Shown: piece after piece, positions 1 to 9,888 of the stretch | Position numbering within the stretch: the stretch's first letter is position 1 | Layout: each line of letters opens with the position of its first letter | Source of the DNA: Thermodesulfobacteriota bacterium | GTDB taxonomy: Bacteria > Desulfobacterota > Desulfobacteria > Desulfobacterales > C00003060 | Assembly: GCA_034189385.1 (NCBI GenBank) | Contig: JAXHVD010000008.1 | Span: 98,396-162,395, forward strand | DNA: 64,000 nucleotides | Reading direction: 5' to 3' | The notes under the pieces: model-generated | The model's input: the letters and a program-made list of their open reading frames with translations, nothing else | The model's database searches: none | Told to the model about the DNA's origin: nothing | Made by a program: the position numbers and the translations under genes

Positions 1-503
1 AGCGTCACGCCCGTGTGCATGTGCATCTTCATGACCGGAACGGAGACGACAAGATCGTATTCAAAGACTTCCGGGCAAACCTTCAGAGAATCGATGGCAA
101 GACCATTAGGGACCGCCACCTTGACAAAGGGTCGGGCATTCATGTCTATGAGGGGACAATGACGCTTTTCTGCGATGGCTGTAATACCAGAGGTGTCAAA
201 GGCCTCAAGGGCCTTCACCCCCACGATGGGGCTTTCTCCAATAGCGACCTGTGCCCCGGCCTTTCTAAAGCAATCAATGGCAGCGGCCACGACCTGGGGG
301 TCTGTCACGATGCCTTCCCCAGGAGGGGCCACCCTGCCGGCATTGGGCTTCAGCAGGACCCGTTTCCCCCGGGCAGGCGAAAGATCCACTTGGGCCAAGG
401 CCGCGCAGGTGTTGGCATAGGGACCTTTTCCGGCAGCTACAAGGACTGACGGCCGTCCTCCCACGGGAAGAAAGGGGCTGTCAGTGAGAGACTTGGATGT
501 CAT
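1..503 (-). CDS. DUF362-family (iron-sulfur-associated) protein, 5' part; runs off the left edge of the window
   Basis: Not in the ORF track because no stop lies in the window. Hand translation from ATG 503: MTSKSLTDSPFLPVGG...RGKRVLLKPNAG...TDPQVVAAAIDCFRKAGAQVAIGESP...YDLVVSVPVMKMHMHTGVT. The VLLKPN, IGESP and PxMKxH..GVT motifs are typical of DUF362. Confidence 0.8.
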   Translation of the reverse strand, partial: MTSKSLTDSPFLPVGGRPSVLVAAGKGPYANTCAALAQVDLSPARGKRVLLKPNAGRVAPPGEGIVTDPQVVAAAIDCFRKAGAQVAIGESPIVGVKALEAFDTSGITAIAEKRHCPLIDMNARPFVKVAVPNGLAIDSLKVCPEVFEYDLVVSVPVMKMHMHTGVT

Positions 504-517
504 TCATCGCACCTGTT

Positions 518-549
518 GAAACAAAGGACCATCCCGATAGGGGATGGTC
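518..549 (-). terminator. Intrinsic terminator-like hairpin just upstream of the DUF362 start
   Basis: Perfect 9-bp stem GACCATCCC/GGGATGGTC (527-549) followed on the minus strand by CTTTGTTTC. Confidence 0.55.
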
Positions 550-705
550 TCGTTATGCGGCCACGGCCCACCGAAATGGGGTCTTAAATAGGGAGACCTT
601 TGCATATCAGAAACAATCCTTCACTGTAAAGGGTTGTGGTGAGGGGGGATAATTTCGCACCATGGATGTTGGAGAGAGAGGTCGCAAGGAACAAAGAATA
701 AGGTT

Positions 706-3700
706 TCAGCGCTTGGCAGCCCTCTTCTTTGAACGAGACTTCTTGTTCGCTTTCAGGAGTGGGCAATCAGAACCGAGACAATCTTTGTTCGTCTTTCGCT
801 GGCGACAGACAACGGAAGCCTCTGCCAGTAACGTAATGGGGAGAATTGTTTTGGACAATTCTGCCGCCTTTTTCAGGGCAATCCAGGAGTCTCTCTGGCA
901 GCATCGAGCGGCTTTCAGTTTAGCGATTTCAGTAAGCACAGCCTGGGTCACGGTTTGCACGGTCTTTCGCTCAGATGGTTTTAACGGATTGGCGTCAAGT
1001 ATGAGGCTGAAGGAAATCCCCACGCCGACTGCGGCCCCGCACACGCCCATGAAGGCGCAGTGCCCCCCTGCAATGGTGCTGCCCCGTTTGATCCCTTCTG
1101 AAATCGTAGCATGGGAAATATCCCCACCAAGATTTCGAAAAGTAGAGAGAACAATCCCCGGCACCATGGCGTGGTGTTCTGGACCGTGGACAGGGATAGC
1201 AGGATGTCTTCTGATATCTTCTAAGAGGGAAAGCATATCCGTCTCTCTTGTCTCCAGACAGATGTGCTCGATGGCCTTCAGGCCATCCTTCAGATGGCAT
1301 GTGTCGCATACGAAATGTCCGTGTTCACAAAGGGCATTTGCAGAAAATGTCTTCTGACAGTAGGCGCAGGCCACCTCTTTGGGCTTTGAAAGATAGATAA
1401 TGGGTGCGCCGCAGACCATGCACCCCGATGCCATTTTAGTCGAGACGAGGGGCTGAAGGACCTCACCCGGATCAGCGATGACAAAAGGGGGGCTTTTTAC
1501 TTCCGGAGCCTGAAAACAGGCACAGGTGTTTTCTGCTGCCACGTTGGTAACGGCACCCTCTTCGTCAAGGATGAAGACGTCCTCCCCCAGAAGCTCAGCT
1601 TCTGCCTTAGGCAAATGGCAGACAATCCCTGGCATCAGCACCGTGCCTTTGGCAGAGACGATGCTCGGCAAGGGGCCGCGATACATGACCCTGACCTGTT
1701 CCGAAGAAAGTGGTTTTCGGGCCAGATAGGTAAGGGAAAAAAAGGGGTGTCCCTGGACCTCGCGATAGGGAAATCGTTTGATAAGCTGAATGGATTGAAA
1801 ACCAGATTCCTCCAGGATGCCGATCAGATCCTTTTGCGTCATGGCCCCTGCAATACATTCGCCTCGTAGTATCTCGTCATTACGAATGACAGGATCTGGT
1901 TCTGAATCACAGACCACATCAGAGATGACCAGTCTGCCTCCTTGACGCAGGACTCTGTAGATCTCCGAGTATGACCGTCGCTTGTTCGCCGAAAGGTTCA
2001 TGACGCAGTTAGACAAAATCACGTCCACGGATTCGTCTTCCAGGGGAAGTGCTTCAAGGTAGCCCTTTTTGAAGACGATATTCTTGTAACCTAGATTCTT
2101 GGACACCCCTTTTAGGCCTTCGTTGGCAAGATGAAGCATGGGGTCCAGCATGTCCACGCCTATGACCATTCCTGTTGGTCCGGTCAACCGCGCGGCCACA
2201 AAGCATTCCACGCCGCTTCCACACCCCAGATCAACGACTTGTTCTCCTAGCTGGATTTCGGCATCTATGACAGGGCTGCCGCACCCATAGCCGCGAAATC
2301 GAAATCTCTCCGGGATGTGAGAGATCAATTCCTCAGGATAGCAAACTGGGTTTAAGATCTCTTTTTTCTTATCGCCCACGGCTTCGGTATAAAAGGACTT
2401 CACGACGGCCAGGCTCTTCTCCTGTGCTGTGGCCAGTAGACAGTTTGAATGGACCAATGCCACACGACCATGGGCCCCGCAGCTTTCAAGGACATCGCCC
2501 ATCTTCAAGCGCAGTTGAGGGGCCTGGGTTTCTTTTTGCCGACGGGCTTCTTCTGAGATGAGCCACAGCGCCATCTTTTCATACAAGGGCGTGTAGGGAT
2601 CCTTGCCCATGAAGGCATGGCCGTGAATGTAACTGTGATCCGTATCACCGCCGCCCAAAAGGAAGCGCAGGGAAGAAGAGAGCCCGGCTACTGTTGCTTC
2701 GCGAATCTGGCTGAGCACAGGACTCTGCCGCCAGGCCCTGTCAAGGCCGTCACCGAGCCCCGTTGCCAGCTCGGGGATATTGACTAGTGCTGCAGAAGGA
2801 TACAACCTGCCATCGGGACCCACGGCAAGGGATTCCCAAGCTGTCGTGGTCCCGTCATGGATGGTGTTGGCGGGGGCAAAGACCTGTGTCTTTAGGGCCT
2901 CTATGTTATCGATTTCAATGCCTCGCTCCTTTGCCCGTCGTGATGCGCGAATGAGACCTTGAAAGATCTCCTCTGGTAGGGCAAACTGTTCTGCTTTGCC
3001 CCGTCCCCGGATGAAATACCACATGAAATGGACATTTCCCGCCCCCACGTCAGCTGCAAAATCAACGATTTCAGGCATGTCACCCGTATTGCTCATGTTA
3101 ACGCACATGGAGATGGTGTAGGGGATGTGTTTTGAGTGAAGCCCTTTCAGGTTCTTGACGAGTCTTTCAAATGTCCCCTTGCCGCGAATCTGGTCATGCC
3201 GCTCCTGAAGGCCGTCTACGCTGATCTGGAGATGAAAACGATCTAAGGGCCATCTGCTCTGTGCCAACACAGAGGAAAGCTGCATACCGTTGGTGAGCAC
3301 CACCACGTGGGTGGCCTCATAGGCAAGTATGGCACGGACTATCTCTTCAAAGTCCCTATAGATGAAGGGCTCTCCACCGGTGAACACATATACGCGACAC
3401 CCCAGTTCATGGGCCTCATGGGCCAGTTTTAGTACCAGACCGCTTGAGATTTCTGCCTTATCCTCAGGTGAAGAGACAAAAAGACAGTGGTTGCACTTCA
3501 GGTTGCAGCGGTTTGTCACATGAAACCAGAGCTCTTTGAGGCGGTCGAGCTTGAGAATCGCGGCCCTGCCTGGATACGGTAACGGAGTCGTGTCTGGCAA
3601 GCGTTCGATGAACCTATGAACGGAAAGATCTCCATGGAGCCTGCCCGTTTGGCCTATTTGACGCAGTAGGGCATCGCCGGCCTTGTTGGGAACAAACCAT

Positions 3701-3777
3701 GCAGATGCTCCTTTTTGAACATAGACAGCGGTGTCCTCGTACTCGATCCGGGTCCAACCTTGAATGTCAAAGCTCAT
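706..3777 (-). CDS. Multidomain fusion: radical SAM domain + ArsM/AS3MT-like SAM methyltransferase + C-terminal Cys-rich DUF5714-like domain
   Basis: CNLKCNHC radical SAM motif and FTGGEP; ArsM-type motifs GYGCGSP, DLGCGSG, DVILSNCVMNL and GECIAGA; C-terminal CMVC/CAYC/CEHGHFVCDTC, PVHGPEHH, GHCAFMGVCGAA and RCCQR. Confidence 0.85.
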   Translation of the reverse strand: MSFDIQGWTRIEYEDTAVYVQKGASAWFVPNKAGDALLRQIGQTGRLHGDLSVHRFIERLPDTTPLPYPGRAAILKLDRLKELWFHVTNRCNLKCNHCLFVSSPEDKAEISSGLVLKLAHEAHELGCRVYVFTGGEPFIYRDFEEIVRAILAYEATHVVVLTNGMQLSSVLAQSRWPLDRFHLQISVDGLQERHDQIRGKGTFERLVKNLKGLHSKHIPYTISMCVNMSNTGDMPEIVDFAADVGAGNVHFMWYFIRGRGKAEQFALPEEIFQGLIRASRRAKERGIEIDNIEALKTQVFAPANTIHDGTTTAWESLAVGPDGRLYPSAALVNIPELATGLGDGLDRAWRQSPVLSQIREATVAGLSSSLRFLLGGGDTDHSYIHGHAFMGKDPYTPLYEKMALWLISEEARRQKETQAPQLRLKMGDVLESCGAHGRVALVHSNCLLATAQEKSLAVVKSFYTEAVGDKKKEILNPVCYPEELISHIPERFRFRGYGCGSPVIDAEIQLGEQVVDLGCGSGVECFVAARLTGPTGMVIGVDMLDPMLHLANEGLKGVSKNLGYKNIVFKKGYLEALPLEDESVDVILSNCVMNLSANKRRSYSEIYRVLRQGGRLVISDVVCDSEPDPVIRNDEILRGECIAGAMTQKDLIGILEESGFQSIQLIKRFPYREVQGHPFFSLTYLARKPLSSEQVRVMYRGPLPSIVSAKGTVLMPGIVCHLPKAEAELLGEDVFILDEEGAVTNVAAENTCACFQAPEVKSPPFVIADPGEVLQPLVSTKMASGCMVCGAPIIYLSKPKEVACAYCQKTFSANALCEHGHFVCDTCHLKDGLKAIEHICLETRETDMLSLLEDIRRHPAIPVHGPEHHAMVPGIVLSTFRNLGGDISHATISEGIKRGSTIAGGHCAFMGVCGAAVGVGISFSLILDANPLKPSERKTVQTVTQAVLTEIAKLKAARCCQRDSWIALKKAAELSKTILPITLLAEASVVCRQRKTNKDCLGSDCPLLKANKKSRSKKRAAKR

Positions 3778-4172
3778 GCTTGAGGCCTAAAGATGAACTA
3801 GAAGGAATTTGGGAAATAGCCCGCTAAGATCCATGTCCCTTTTTTAGATCGCCCGTGGTGCTCTTGTCAAGACGGCGAAAAGAAGGGCCTGCGGGTCCAA
3901 GCCTTGCGTGTCTCGCCTTGTCCCATGGGACCAGGCCTGATGGCACAGGAGCTGTCATGGGATCTCAATCTGCCTGGTGGCCCATGGTTGAGATGGCTCC
4001 GGTGCTGGCCAATTTGGGATGACTATCTGATGAGATTACGCTTTAGGATATGGGTCTTAGAATGATATGGTCGCCTCATTGAGACGGTTCCGGCAAGAAA
4101 TGCTATTGGCCTTCCCTGACGGTAGGTCTTGATCCACCCTCGCAGCACTGGGTACGGGCGGAAAAAACGAGC

Positions 4173-5258
4173 ATGAAAAGAACAGGCATTGCAGATAGCC
4201 CCCTTCACGGGGGCAAGGCCCCCAGATGGCTTTTTAAGCGCATGACCGCCTTGGCACGTCAGCTGGTCCTGGTGATGGTGGAGGAGTTTGGAAGCAGGGA
4301 GCTTCTATTGAGGCTTTCTGACCCCCACTGGTTTCAAGCCTTTGGCTCGGTGCTCGGTTTTGACTGGCACAGTAGCGGGCTTACGACAACGTCCTGCGGG
4401 GCCATCAAGGAAGGGGTCAGGGGGCTGGAAAAAGACCTGGGGTTTTTCGTGACTGGCGGAAAAGGCAAAGCTGCCTTAAAGACACCGGAGAGTATCCTCG
4501 CTTTCGGTTCATCCCTTTCCACTGATCCCGAGTCCCTTGTCTATGCCAGCAGAATCTCCGCCAAGGTAGACAACGCCGGCCTTCAGGACGGATACAGGCT
4601 CTATCATCACACCTTCTTCTTCACTTCTAATGGGAACTGGACGGTGGTGCAACAGGGGATGAACGAGACAAATAGATACGCCAGGCGGTATCACTGGCTG
4701 GGAGAAGCCGTCTCCAGCTTCACTTGTGAACCCCATGCGGCAATCTGCACGGGCAAAGTAAAAAAGGATGTCTTAAACATGGTGGCCCAGGAAGGCGAAG
4801 ATGCCCGCAAGGCAAGCGCCCTTATTGGGCAGGAACACCCAGAGACCCTGGTCAAAGAGTTGAAGCGGATTCAAGCCTTAAAGCTTCCTGCCCGCCACGA
4901 GATCCTGGCCCAGGACCTCCATCCCGACCGACTCTATAAAGTATTCATTAAAACCTACGAGGCCCAGCCCAAGGATTTTGAGACGCTGATCGGCCTTCGG
5001 GGGGTGGGTCCAAAAGGAATCCGGGCCCTGGCCCTCTTGTCGGAGCTCATATACGGGGCCAGTGTGAGCTTCCGGGATCCTGCCCGGTTCAGCTTTGCCC
5101 ACGGCGGCAAAGATGGGCACCCCTACCCAGTGGACAGGCAATCCTATGACCACTCCATTGAGATCCTAAGGCAAGCGGTTGAAGGGGCAAAGATCGGTGA
5201 CCGGCAGAAGATGGACGCCATCAGGAAACTCAAGGGGATCCAAAGGCGCACAAGATAA
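4173..5258 (+). CDS. DUF763 family protein
   Basis: Typical motifs LHGGKAPRWLF, FDWHSSGLTT, WTVVQQGMN, HhH-like GLRGVGPK and FAHGGKDGHPYPV. Confidence 0.85.
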   Translation: MKRTGIADSPLHGGKAPRWLFKRMTALARQLVLVMVEEFGSRELLLRLSDPHWFQAFGSVLGFDWHSSGLTTTSCGAIKEGVRGLEKDLGFFVTGGKGKAALKTPESILAFGSSLSTDPESLVYASRISAKVDNAGLQDGYRLYHHTFFFTSNGNWTVVQQGMNETNRYARRYHWLGEAVSSFTCEPHAAICTGKVKKDVLNMVAQEGEDARKASALIGQEHPETLVKELKRIQALKLPARHEILAQDLHPDRLYKVFIKTYEAQPKDFETLIGLRGVGPKGIRALALLSELIYGASVSFRDPARFSFAHGGKDGHPYPVDRQSYDHSIEILRQAVEGAKIGDRQKMDAIRKLKGIQRRTR

Positions 5259-5324
5259 ACCCTCTGCGTTTTTGCTGTGAATAAGCAGGGCTTGGTGCAG
5301 TCCTTGTGCAAGCAAAAAGGGGTT

Positions 5325-5424
5325 TTGAACCGAATAATCGAGCGCATTCTCCACAGGAGAGCTACCGCAGCCCCCGTGGCTTGACTTCGGCGAGCTCAGT
5401 CGAGTCGCCACGGGGAGGGTCCAA
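5325..5424 (-). repeat. TTGAACC-ended short palindromic element (family A), copy 1, with a 24-bp nested insert at 5383-5406
   Basis: Its reverse complement aligns with 20249-20324 and 31861-31913; terminal IR TTGAACC/GGTCCAA; core palindrome CCCCGTGGC..GCCACGGGG. Confidence 0.85.
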
Positions 5425-5461
5425 TCCGGCCAGGCGACAGGGTTTCCTGCCGTGGTTGAAC

Positions 5462-7048
5462 TCAGGCGTGTTCGCGGGTCTTGTGGAAGGCGATGTCCGG
5501 TGACTGCTCCATCACGTAGCCCAGTTCCCAGTTGCTGGGCGCAAGATAGGCGAGCTGCCCCTCCCCGTCATTGGCCAGGTTGGGGCGATTCTTCTTTTCA
5601 AAGGCTTCCAGCTTCTTTTTGTCGTCACAGGTGATCCAGCGGGCCGTGGTGTAGCTGATGGGCTCGTATTCGGCATCAACCCAGTATTCTGCCTTGAGAC
5701 GGGCTATGGTGACATCGAACTGCAATACCCCCACGGCCCCCAAGATATAGTCGTTTCCTCCCAAGGGCCGGAAGACCTGCACTGCCCCTTCTTCGGCCAT
5801 CTGGGCCAATCCCTTTTGGAGCTGCTTTACCTTCAAGGGGTTCTTGAGTCGCACCCGTCGAAAGTGCTCAGGGGCGAAGTTGGGGATGCCGCTGAAACGG
5901 AGGCACTCCTTGTCTGTAAAGGTATCGCCGATCTTGATCGTACCGTGGTTGTGGATACCGATGATGTCGCCGGCAAAGGCCTCGTTCACATGGGCACGAT
6001 CCTGGGCCATGAAGATGATGGCATTATTCCACGTCACTTCCTTGCCGATGCGGTGATGGATCACCTTCATGCCCCTGGTGAATTTCCCTGAACAGATGCG
6101 GACAAAGGCGATGCGGTCGCGGTGGGCGGGATCCATGTTCGCCTGGATCTTAAAGGCAAAGGCGGAAAAGGGGGCCTCGTATGGCGAGACCTTCCTGGGA
6201 ACGGCCGCCCTGGGGCCGGGAGGAGGAGCCATTTCTAAAAAGGCCTCCAGCAGCTCCTTCACGCCGAAATTGTTGACCGCACTTCCAAAGAAGACAGGTG
6301 TCTGACTTCCCTGAAGGTAATGCTCAATGGAAAAGGGGTCGGCAGCCCCTTCGATGAGTGCGATATCCTCACGAAGCTCTTCAGCTTGGCTGCCCAGGAA
6401 CTGATCCAGCTTGGGATCGGAGAGGTCGGTGATGACAATGCCATTGTCATGTCTCCCGTCTTCGCCCGGGGTGAAGAGATGGAGTTCTTTTCGGTAGATA
6501 TTGTAGACGCCTTTGAAACCTTTCCCCATGCCGATGGGCCAAGACAGAGGGGCACACTCCACCTGGAGCTTGTCCTCAATCTCTGAGAGGACGTCTAGGG
6601 GGGGCATGCCTTCGCGGTCCAGTTTGTTGATGAAGGTGATGATGGGGGTGTTGCGCATCCTGCAAACCTCCATGAGCTTTTCGGTCTGGGGTTCCACCCC
6701 CTTGGCGCTGTCTATGACCATGAGTGCACTGTCTACGGCCGTGAGGACCCGGTAGGTATCCTCAGAAAAATCCTGGTGGCCCGGGGTATCTAGCAGGTTG
6801 ATCTCATAGTCCTGGTAGTTAAACTTCATGACCGACGTCGTCACAGAGATACCCCGTTCCTTTTCTATGGACATCCAGTCGCTGGTGGCATGCCGCGCCG
6901 CCTTCCGGGCCTTTACGGCCCCTGCCAACTGAATGGCCCCTCCAAATAGAAGGAGTTTCTCGGTGAGTGTGGTTTTACCGGCATCTGGATGGCTGATGAT
7001 ACCGAAGGTCCGGCGTCTTTGTATCTCTTTTTCGTATGCCTTTGTCAT
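5462..7048 (-). CDS. prfC: Peptide chain release factor 3
   Basis: [38 protein letters not shown] and [14 protein letters not shown]. The start may instead be GTG 7063. Confidence 0.97.
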   Translation of the reverse strand: MTKAYEKEIQRRRTFGIISHPDAGKTTLTEKLLLFGGAIQLAGAVKARKAARHATSDWMSIEKERGISVTTSVMKFNYQDYEINLLDTPGHQDFSEDTYRVLTAVDSALMVIDSAKGVEPQTEKLMEVCRMRNTPIITFINKLDREGMPPLDVLSEIEDKLQVECAPLSWPIGMGKGFKGVYNIYRKELHLFTPGEDGRHDNGIVITDLSDPKLDQFLGSQAEELREDIALIEGAADPFSIEHYLQGSQTPVFFGSAVNNFGVKELLEAFLEMAPPPGPRAAVPRKVSPYEAPFSAFAFKIQANMDPAHRDRIAFVRICSGKFTRGMKVIHHRIGKEVTWNNAIIFMAQDRAHVNEAFAGDIIGIHNHGTIKIGDTFTDKECLRFSGIPNFAPEHFRRVRLKNPLKVKQLQKGLAQMAEEGAVQVFRPLGGNDYILGAVGVLQFDVTIARLKAEYWVDAEYEPISYTTARWITCDDKKKLEAFEKKNRPNLANDGEGQLAYLAPSNWELGYVMEQSPDIAFHKTREHA

Positions 7049-7190
7049 GGTCTCTTTTCTCACTTGATGATGTCGTAAAAAGCTCTCTTTCTTCTCAAAT
7101 TCCGCAGGGACACACGGTCTGGGGGCCGCACTCCTTACGTTTCACGTTTTTACTACCTGGGAGAGATGATTTAGGTGTCAAAGGGAATGG

Positions 7191-8708
7191 TCAAGTGTAG
7201 TAACCTAAAATAGCTTGGCAGAGGCCGGGGATGGTGTATTCCGTGGCTTCCATGTCTACATTGAATCCAAGTTCTCTTGCCGTATCCGATGTAATAGGGC
7301 CGATGCTTGCTGTTTTGATATCCCCGATAAGGGGCTCAAACCGCTCAGGAGGTAGGCACGCCTTGAAGTTGCGAACCGTTGAAGAGCTGGTAAAGGTGAC
7401 AATATCGACAGCTCCTTTTTCCAAAAGGCCAACGAGTTCATCTACATTATCGCAGACCTCCTCGGTCTGGTACGCAGGGATTTCATCCACTGTGGCTCCC
7501 ATTTTACGAACTTCTATGGGCAGAATAGGTCGGGCCTCCTTGGCGCGGGGAAGGAGCACCCTTTTGCCCTCCATCTCTTTGTCCTTAAAGGCCTCTATAA
7601 TGGACTCTGCCCGAAAGGTCTTGGGCACAACGTCACTGTTGAGGCCAAAATCCCGCAGCCGCCTTGCCGTGGCAGGGCCGATGGTGGCCGTGCGGATATC
7701 TTTGAGGGCCCGCACGTCTTGGCCGCTTTTATAGAGGCGATCAAAGAAAAAAGAGACCCCGTTTACGCTGGTAAGAACGAGCCAGTCGTAGGTGTCAAGG
7801 CGACCGATGGCGCTGTCTAATGGGGCCCAGTCTTGTGGAGGTACCACGCGGATAGTGGGAAATTCCAGGCACTCTGCTCCCAGGGCCGAGAGGTGCGACA
7901 CCAAATCACTGGCCTGTTCGCGGGTCCTGGTCACAACCACGGTCTTGCCAAAGAGAGGTTTCTTTTCAAACCAGTTCAAGGTGTCCCTAAGCCTTACGAC
8001 GTCGCCTACCACGATGGCCACAGGCGGTGTAAGGTTGGCGGCCTGGGCCTTTGCTACAATGGTTTCAAGGGTCCCGACTATTGTGGTCTGCTTGGGTGTG
8101 GTGCCCCACCTTACCAGGGCCACGGGAGTTTCGGGGGGGCGGCCAGCTGCGATCAGTTTTTCTGCAATCTTTGGAAGGTTTTTCATGCCCATCAAGATGA
8201 CAAGGGTACCCACACCTGTAGCGAGCTTGGACCAGTCCACTGTAGAATGGGGCTTTGTGGGGTCTTCATGGCCGGTAACAATCCCCACGCTAGCCGTGTA
8301 CCTGCGATCCGTAAGAGGGATGCCTGCATAGGAGGGTGCAGCAATGGCCGACGTAATACCAGGGACAATCTCAAAAGGGACACCTGCCTTTGCCAGGGCT
8401 TCTGCCTCTTCGCCGCCTCTACCGAAGATGAAGGGGTGGCCGCCTTTAAGACGAACCACAGTATGGCCCTCCATTGCCTTTTGAACAAGAAGCTTGTTCA
8501 TCTGGTCTTGAGGCAGGGTGTGGGCCCCTTGCTCCTTTCCCACATACAGGGTCTCGGCATCTTCTCTTGCATGTTTCAAGAGCTTGGATGAGGCCAGGTG
8601 GTCATATATGATGACATCGGCCTTTTTGAGGCACTCCATCCCCTTGACGGTAATAAGATCTGGATCGCCTGGCCCCGCACCGACGAGATAGGCTTTGCCC
8701 TCCTTCAC
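7191..8708 (-). CDS. cobA: Uroporphyrinogen-III C-methyltransferase / uroporphyrinogen-III synthase fusion (CobA/HemD)
   Basis: YLVGAGPGDPDLIT and RLKGGHPFIFGRGGEE N-terminal domain; VVVTRTREQA, LTSVNGV and FTSSSTV HemD domain. Confidence 0.95.
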   Translation of the reverse strand: MKEGKAYLVGAGPGDPDLITVKGMECLKKADVIIYDHLASSKLLKHAREDAETLYVGKEQGAHTLPQDQMNKLLVQKAMEGHTVVRLKGGHPFIFGRGGEEAEALAKAGVPFEIVPGITSAIAAPSYAGIPLTDRRYTASVGIVTGHEDPTKPHSTVDWSKLATGVGTLVILMGMKNLPKIAEKLIAAGRPPETPVALVRWGTTPKQTTIVGTLETIVAKAQAANLTPPVAIVVGDVVRLRDTLNWFEKKPLFGKTVVVTRTREQASDLVSHLSALGAECLEFPTIRVVPPQDWAPLDSAIGRLDTYDWLVLTSVNGVSFFFDRLYKSGQDVRALKDIRTATIGPATARRLRDFGLNSDVVPKTFRAESIIEAFKDKEMEGKRVLLPRAKEARPILPIEVRKMGATVDEIPAYQTEEVCDNVDELVGLLEKGAVDIVTFTSSSTVRNFKACLPPERFEPLIGDIKTASIGPITSDTARELGFNVDMEATEYTIPGLCQAILGYYT

Positions 8709-9646
8709 GTTTTCAAGTCCTTCACCGCTCGGCCCAAGATACTTCTTAAGATCTCTGCCCCTCCTTTTTCAAGAAGCATGTTGGCTAATTCTACCCCAAG
8801 CTCTTCATGTTTTCGCACCGGACCGGTGATCTCATCGCGGAGAAGAACGGTGCCGTCCACCTCGGCCACCAGTCCTGTCAAAAAGATGCGGTCTCCGTCT
8901 ACATTGGCCTTGGCGGCAATGGGGACCTGGCAACCACCCTCAAGGCGCCCCAGAAAAGCCCGTTCGCTTTCCACTGCCAGGCGCGTTTCCCGATGATCTA
9001 TGGCAGAGACCAGCTGCAGGGAGTCTTTGTCTTCTCGCGTTTCAATGGATAGGGCCCCTTGTCCGATGGCAGGAAGCATGGTGGATTCAGGGATATACTC
9101 TGTAATGTGGGCCTCCAAGCCCAGCCTTCTCACGCCAGCGGCTGCTACAATAATGGCATCTAAAGACCCTGTCTTCAGTTTTCGTATGCGGGTGTCAAGG
9201 TTCCCTCTTAAGGGGTGGATCTTGATGTCCGGTCTTTGATGTCGAACCTGGGCACCACGTCTGAGGCTGCTGCTGCCAACCTGGGCGCCCTTTGGAAGGT
9301 CGTTGAAGCAATGGCCGTTTCTGGAGATCAGCACATCTGACGGATTTTCCCGTTTTGGAATGGCTCCTATACAAAGGCCTGGCGGGATCTCAGCAGGCAT
9401 ATCCTTCATGCTGTGGACTGCCAAGTCCACTCTTCCTTCCAGCAGGGCCGTTTCAATCTCCTTGACAAAGAGCCCCTTTCCACCTACCTGGGCCAGGGGC
9501 ACATCTGTGATCTTGTCTCCCGTGGTCTTTATCCTGACCACTTCGACTTCCTGTTCAGGGTAAAGGGCAAGGAGTTGGGATCGGACCCATTCGGCCTGCC
9601 AAACCGCAAGAGCACTTCCCCGTGTGCCGATCCTAATGACACCCAT
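8705..9646 (-). CDS. hemC: Hydroxymethylbilane synthase (porphobilinogen deaminase)
   Basis: IGTRGSALAVWQ, GGKGLFVKE, AVHSMKD, GSSSLRR and LEGGCQVP. Confidence 0.97.
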   Translation of the reverse strand: MGVIRIGTRGSALAVWQAEWVRSQLLALYPEQEVEVVRIKTTGDKITDVPLAQVGGKGLFVKEIETALLEGRVDLAVHSMKDMPAEIPPGLCIGAIPKRENPSDVLISRNGHCFNDLPKGAQVGSSSLRRGAQVRHQRPDIKIHPLRGNLDTRIRKLKTGSLDAIIVAAAGVRRLGLEAHITEYIPESTMLPAIGQGALSIETREDKDSLQLVSAIDHRETRLAVESERAFLGRLEGGCQVPIAAKANVDGDRIFLTGLVAEVDGTVLLRDEITGPVRKHEELGVELANMLLEKGGAEILRSILGRAVKDLKT

Positions 9647-9648
9647 GG

Positions 9649-9888
9649 TTAGTGTCCGCAGGTCTTGCAGCTTGTGGCGCTACAAGATGCACAAGCTGAC
9701 CCCTTTGAACTGGAAAACCCGCTTTCCCCTGAGCCGGAGGAGGCACCTGCGGTCTTGAAGCTGCAACATGAAAGGAGTTTTTCCACCTTCTTGCCGTTGC
9801 AATGGGGACACTCGACCTTCTGGCTTCCCAGGACCAGGGCCTCAAAATCTTTGTCGCACTTGGTGCAGTGGTACTCAAAGATGGGCAT
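9649..9888 (-). CDS. FmdB-family zinc-ribbon protein
   Basis: MPIFEYHCTKC...FE...CPHC signature with a Cys-rich tail; GGAG RBS. Confidence 0.9.
   Translation of the reverse strand: MPIFEYHCTKCDKDFEALVLGSQKVECPHCNGKKVEKLLSCCSFKTAGASSGSGESGFSSSKGSACASCSATSCKTCGH

Noticed and set aside
481..507. ATG 507 followed by an in-frame TGA near the DUF362 start, a possible selenocysteine codon given selA in the window
   Set aside because: That frame is not the DUF362 frame; ATG 503 opens the real frame with no TGA.
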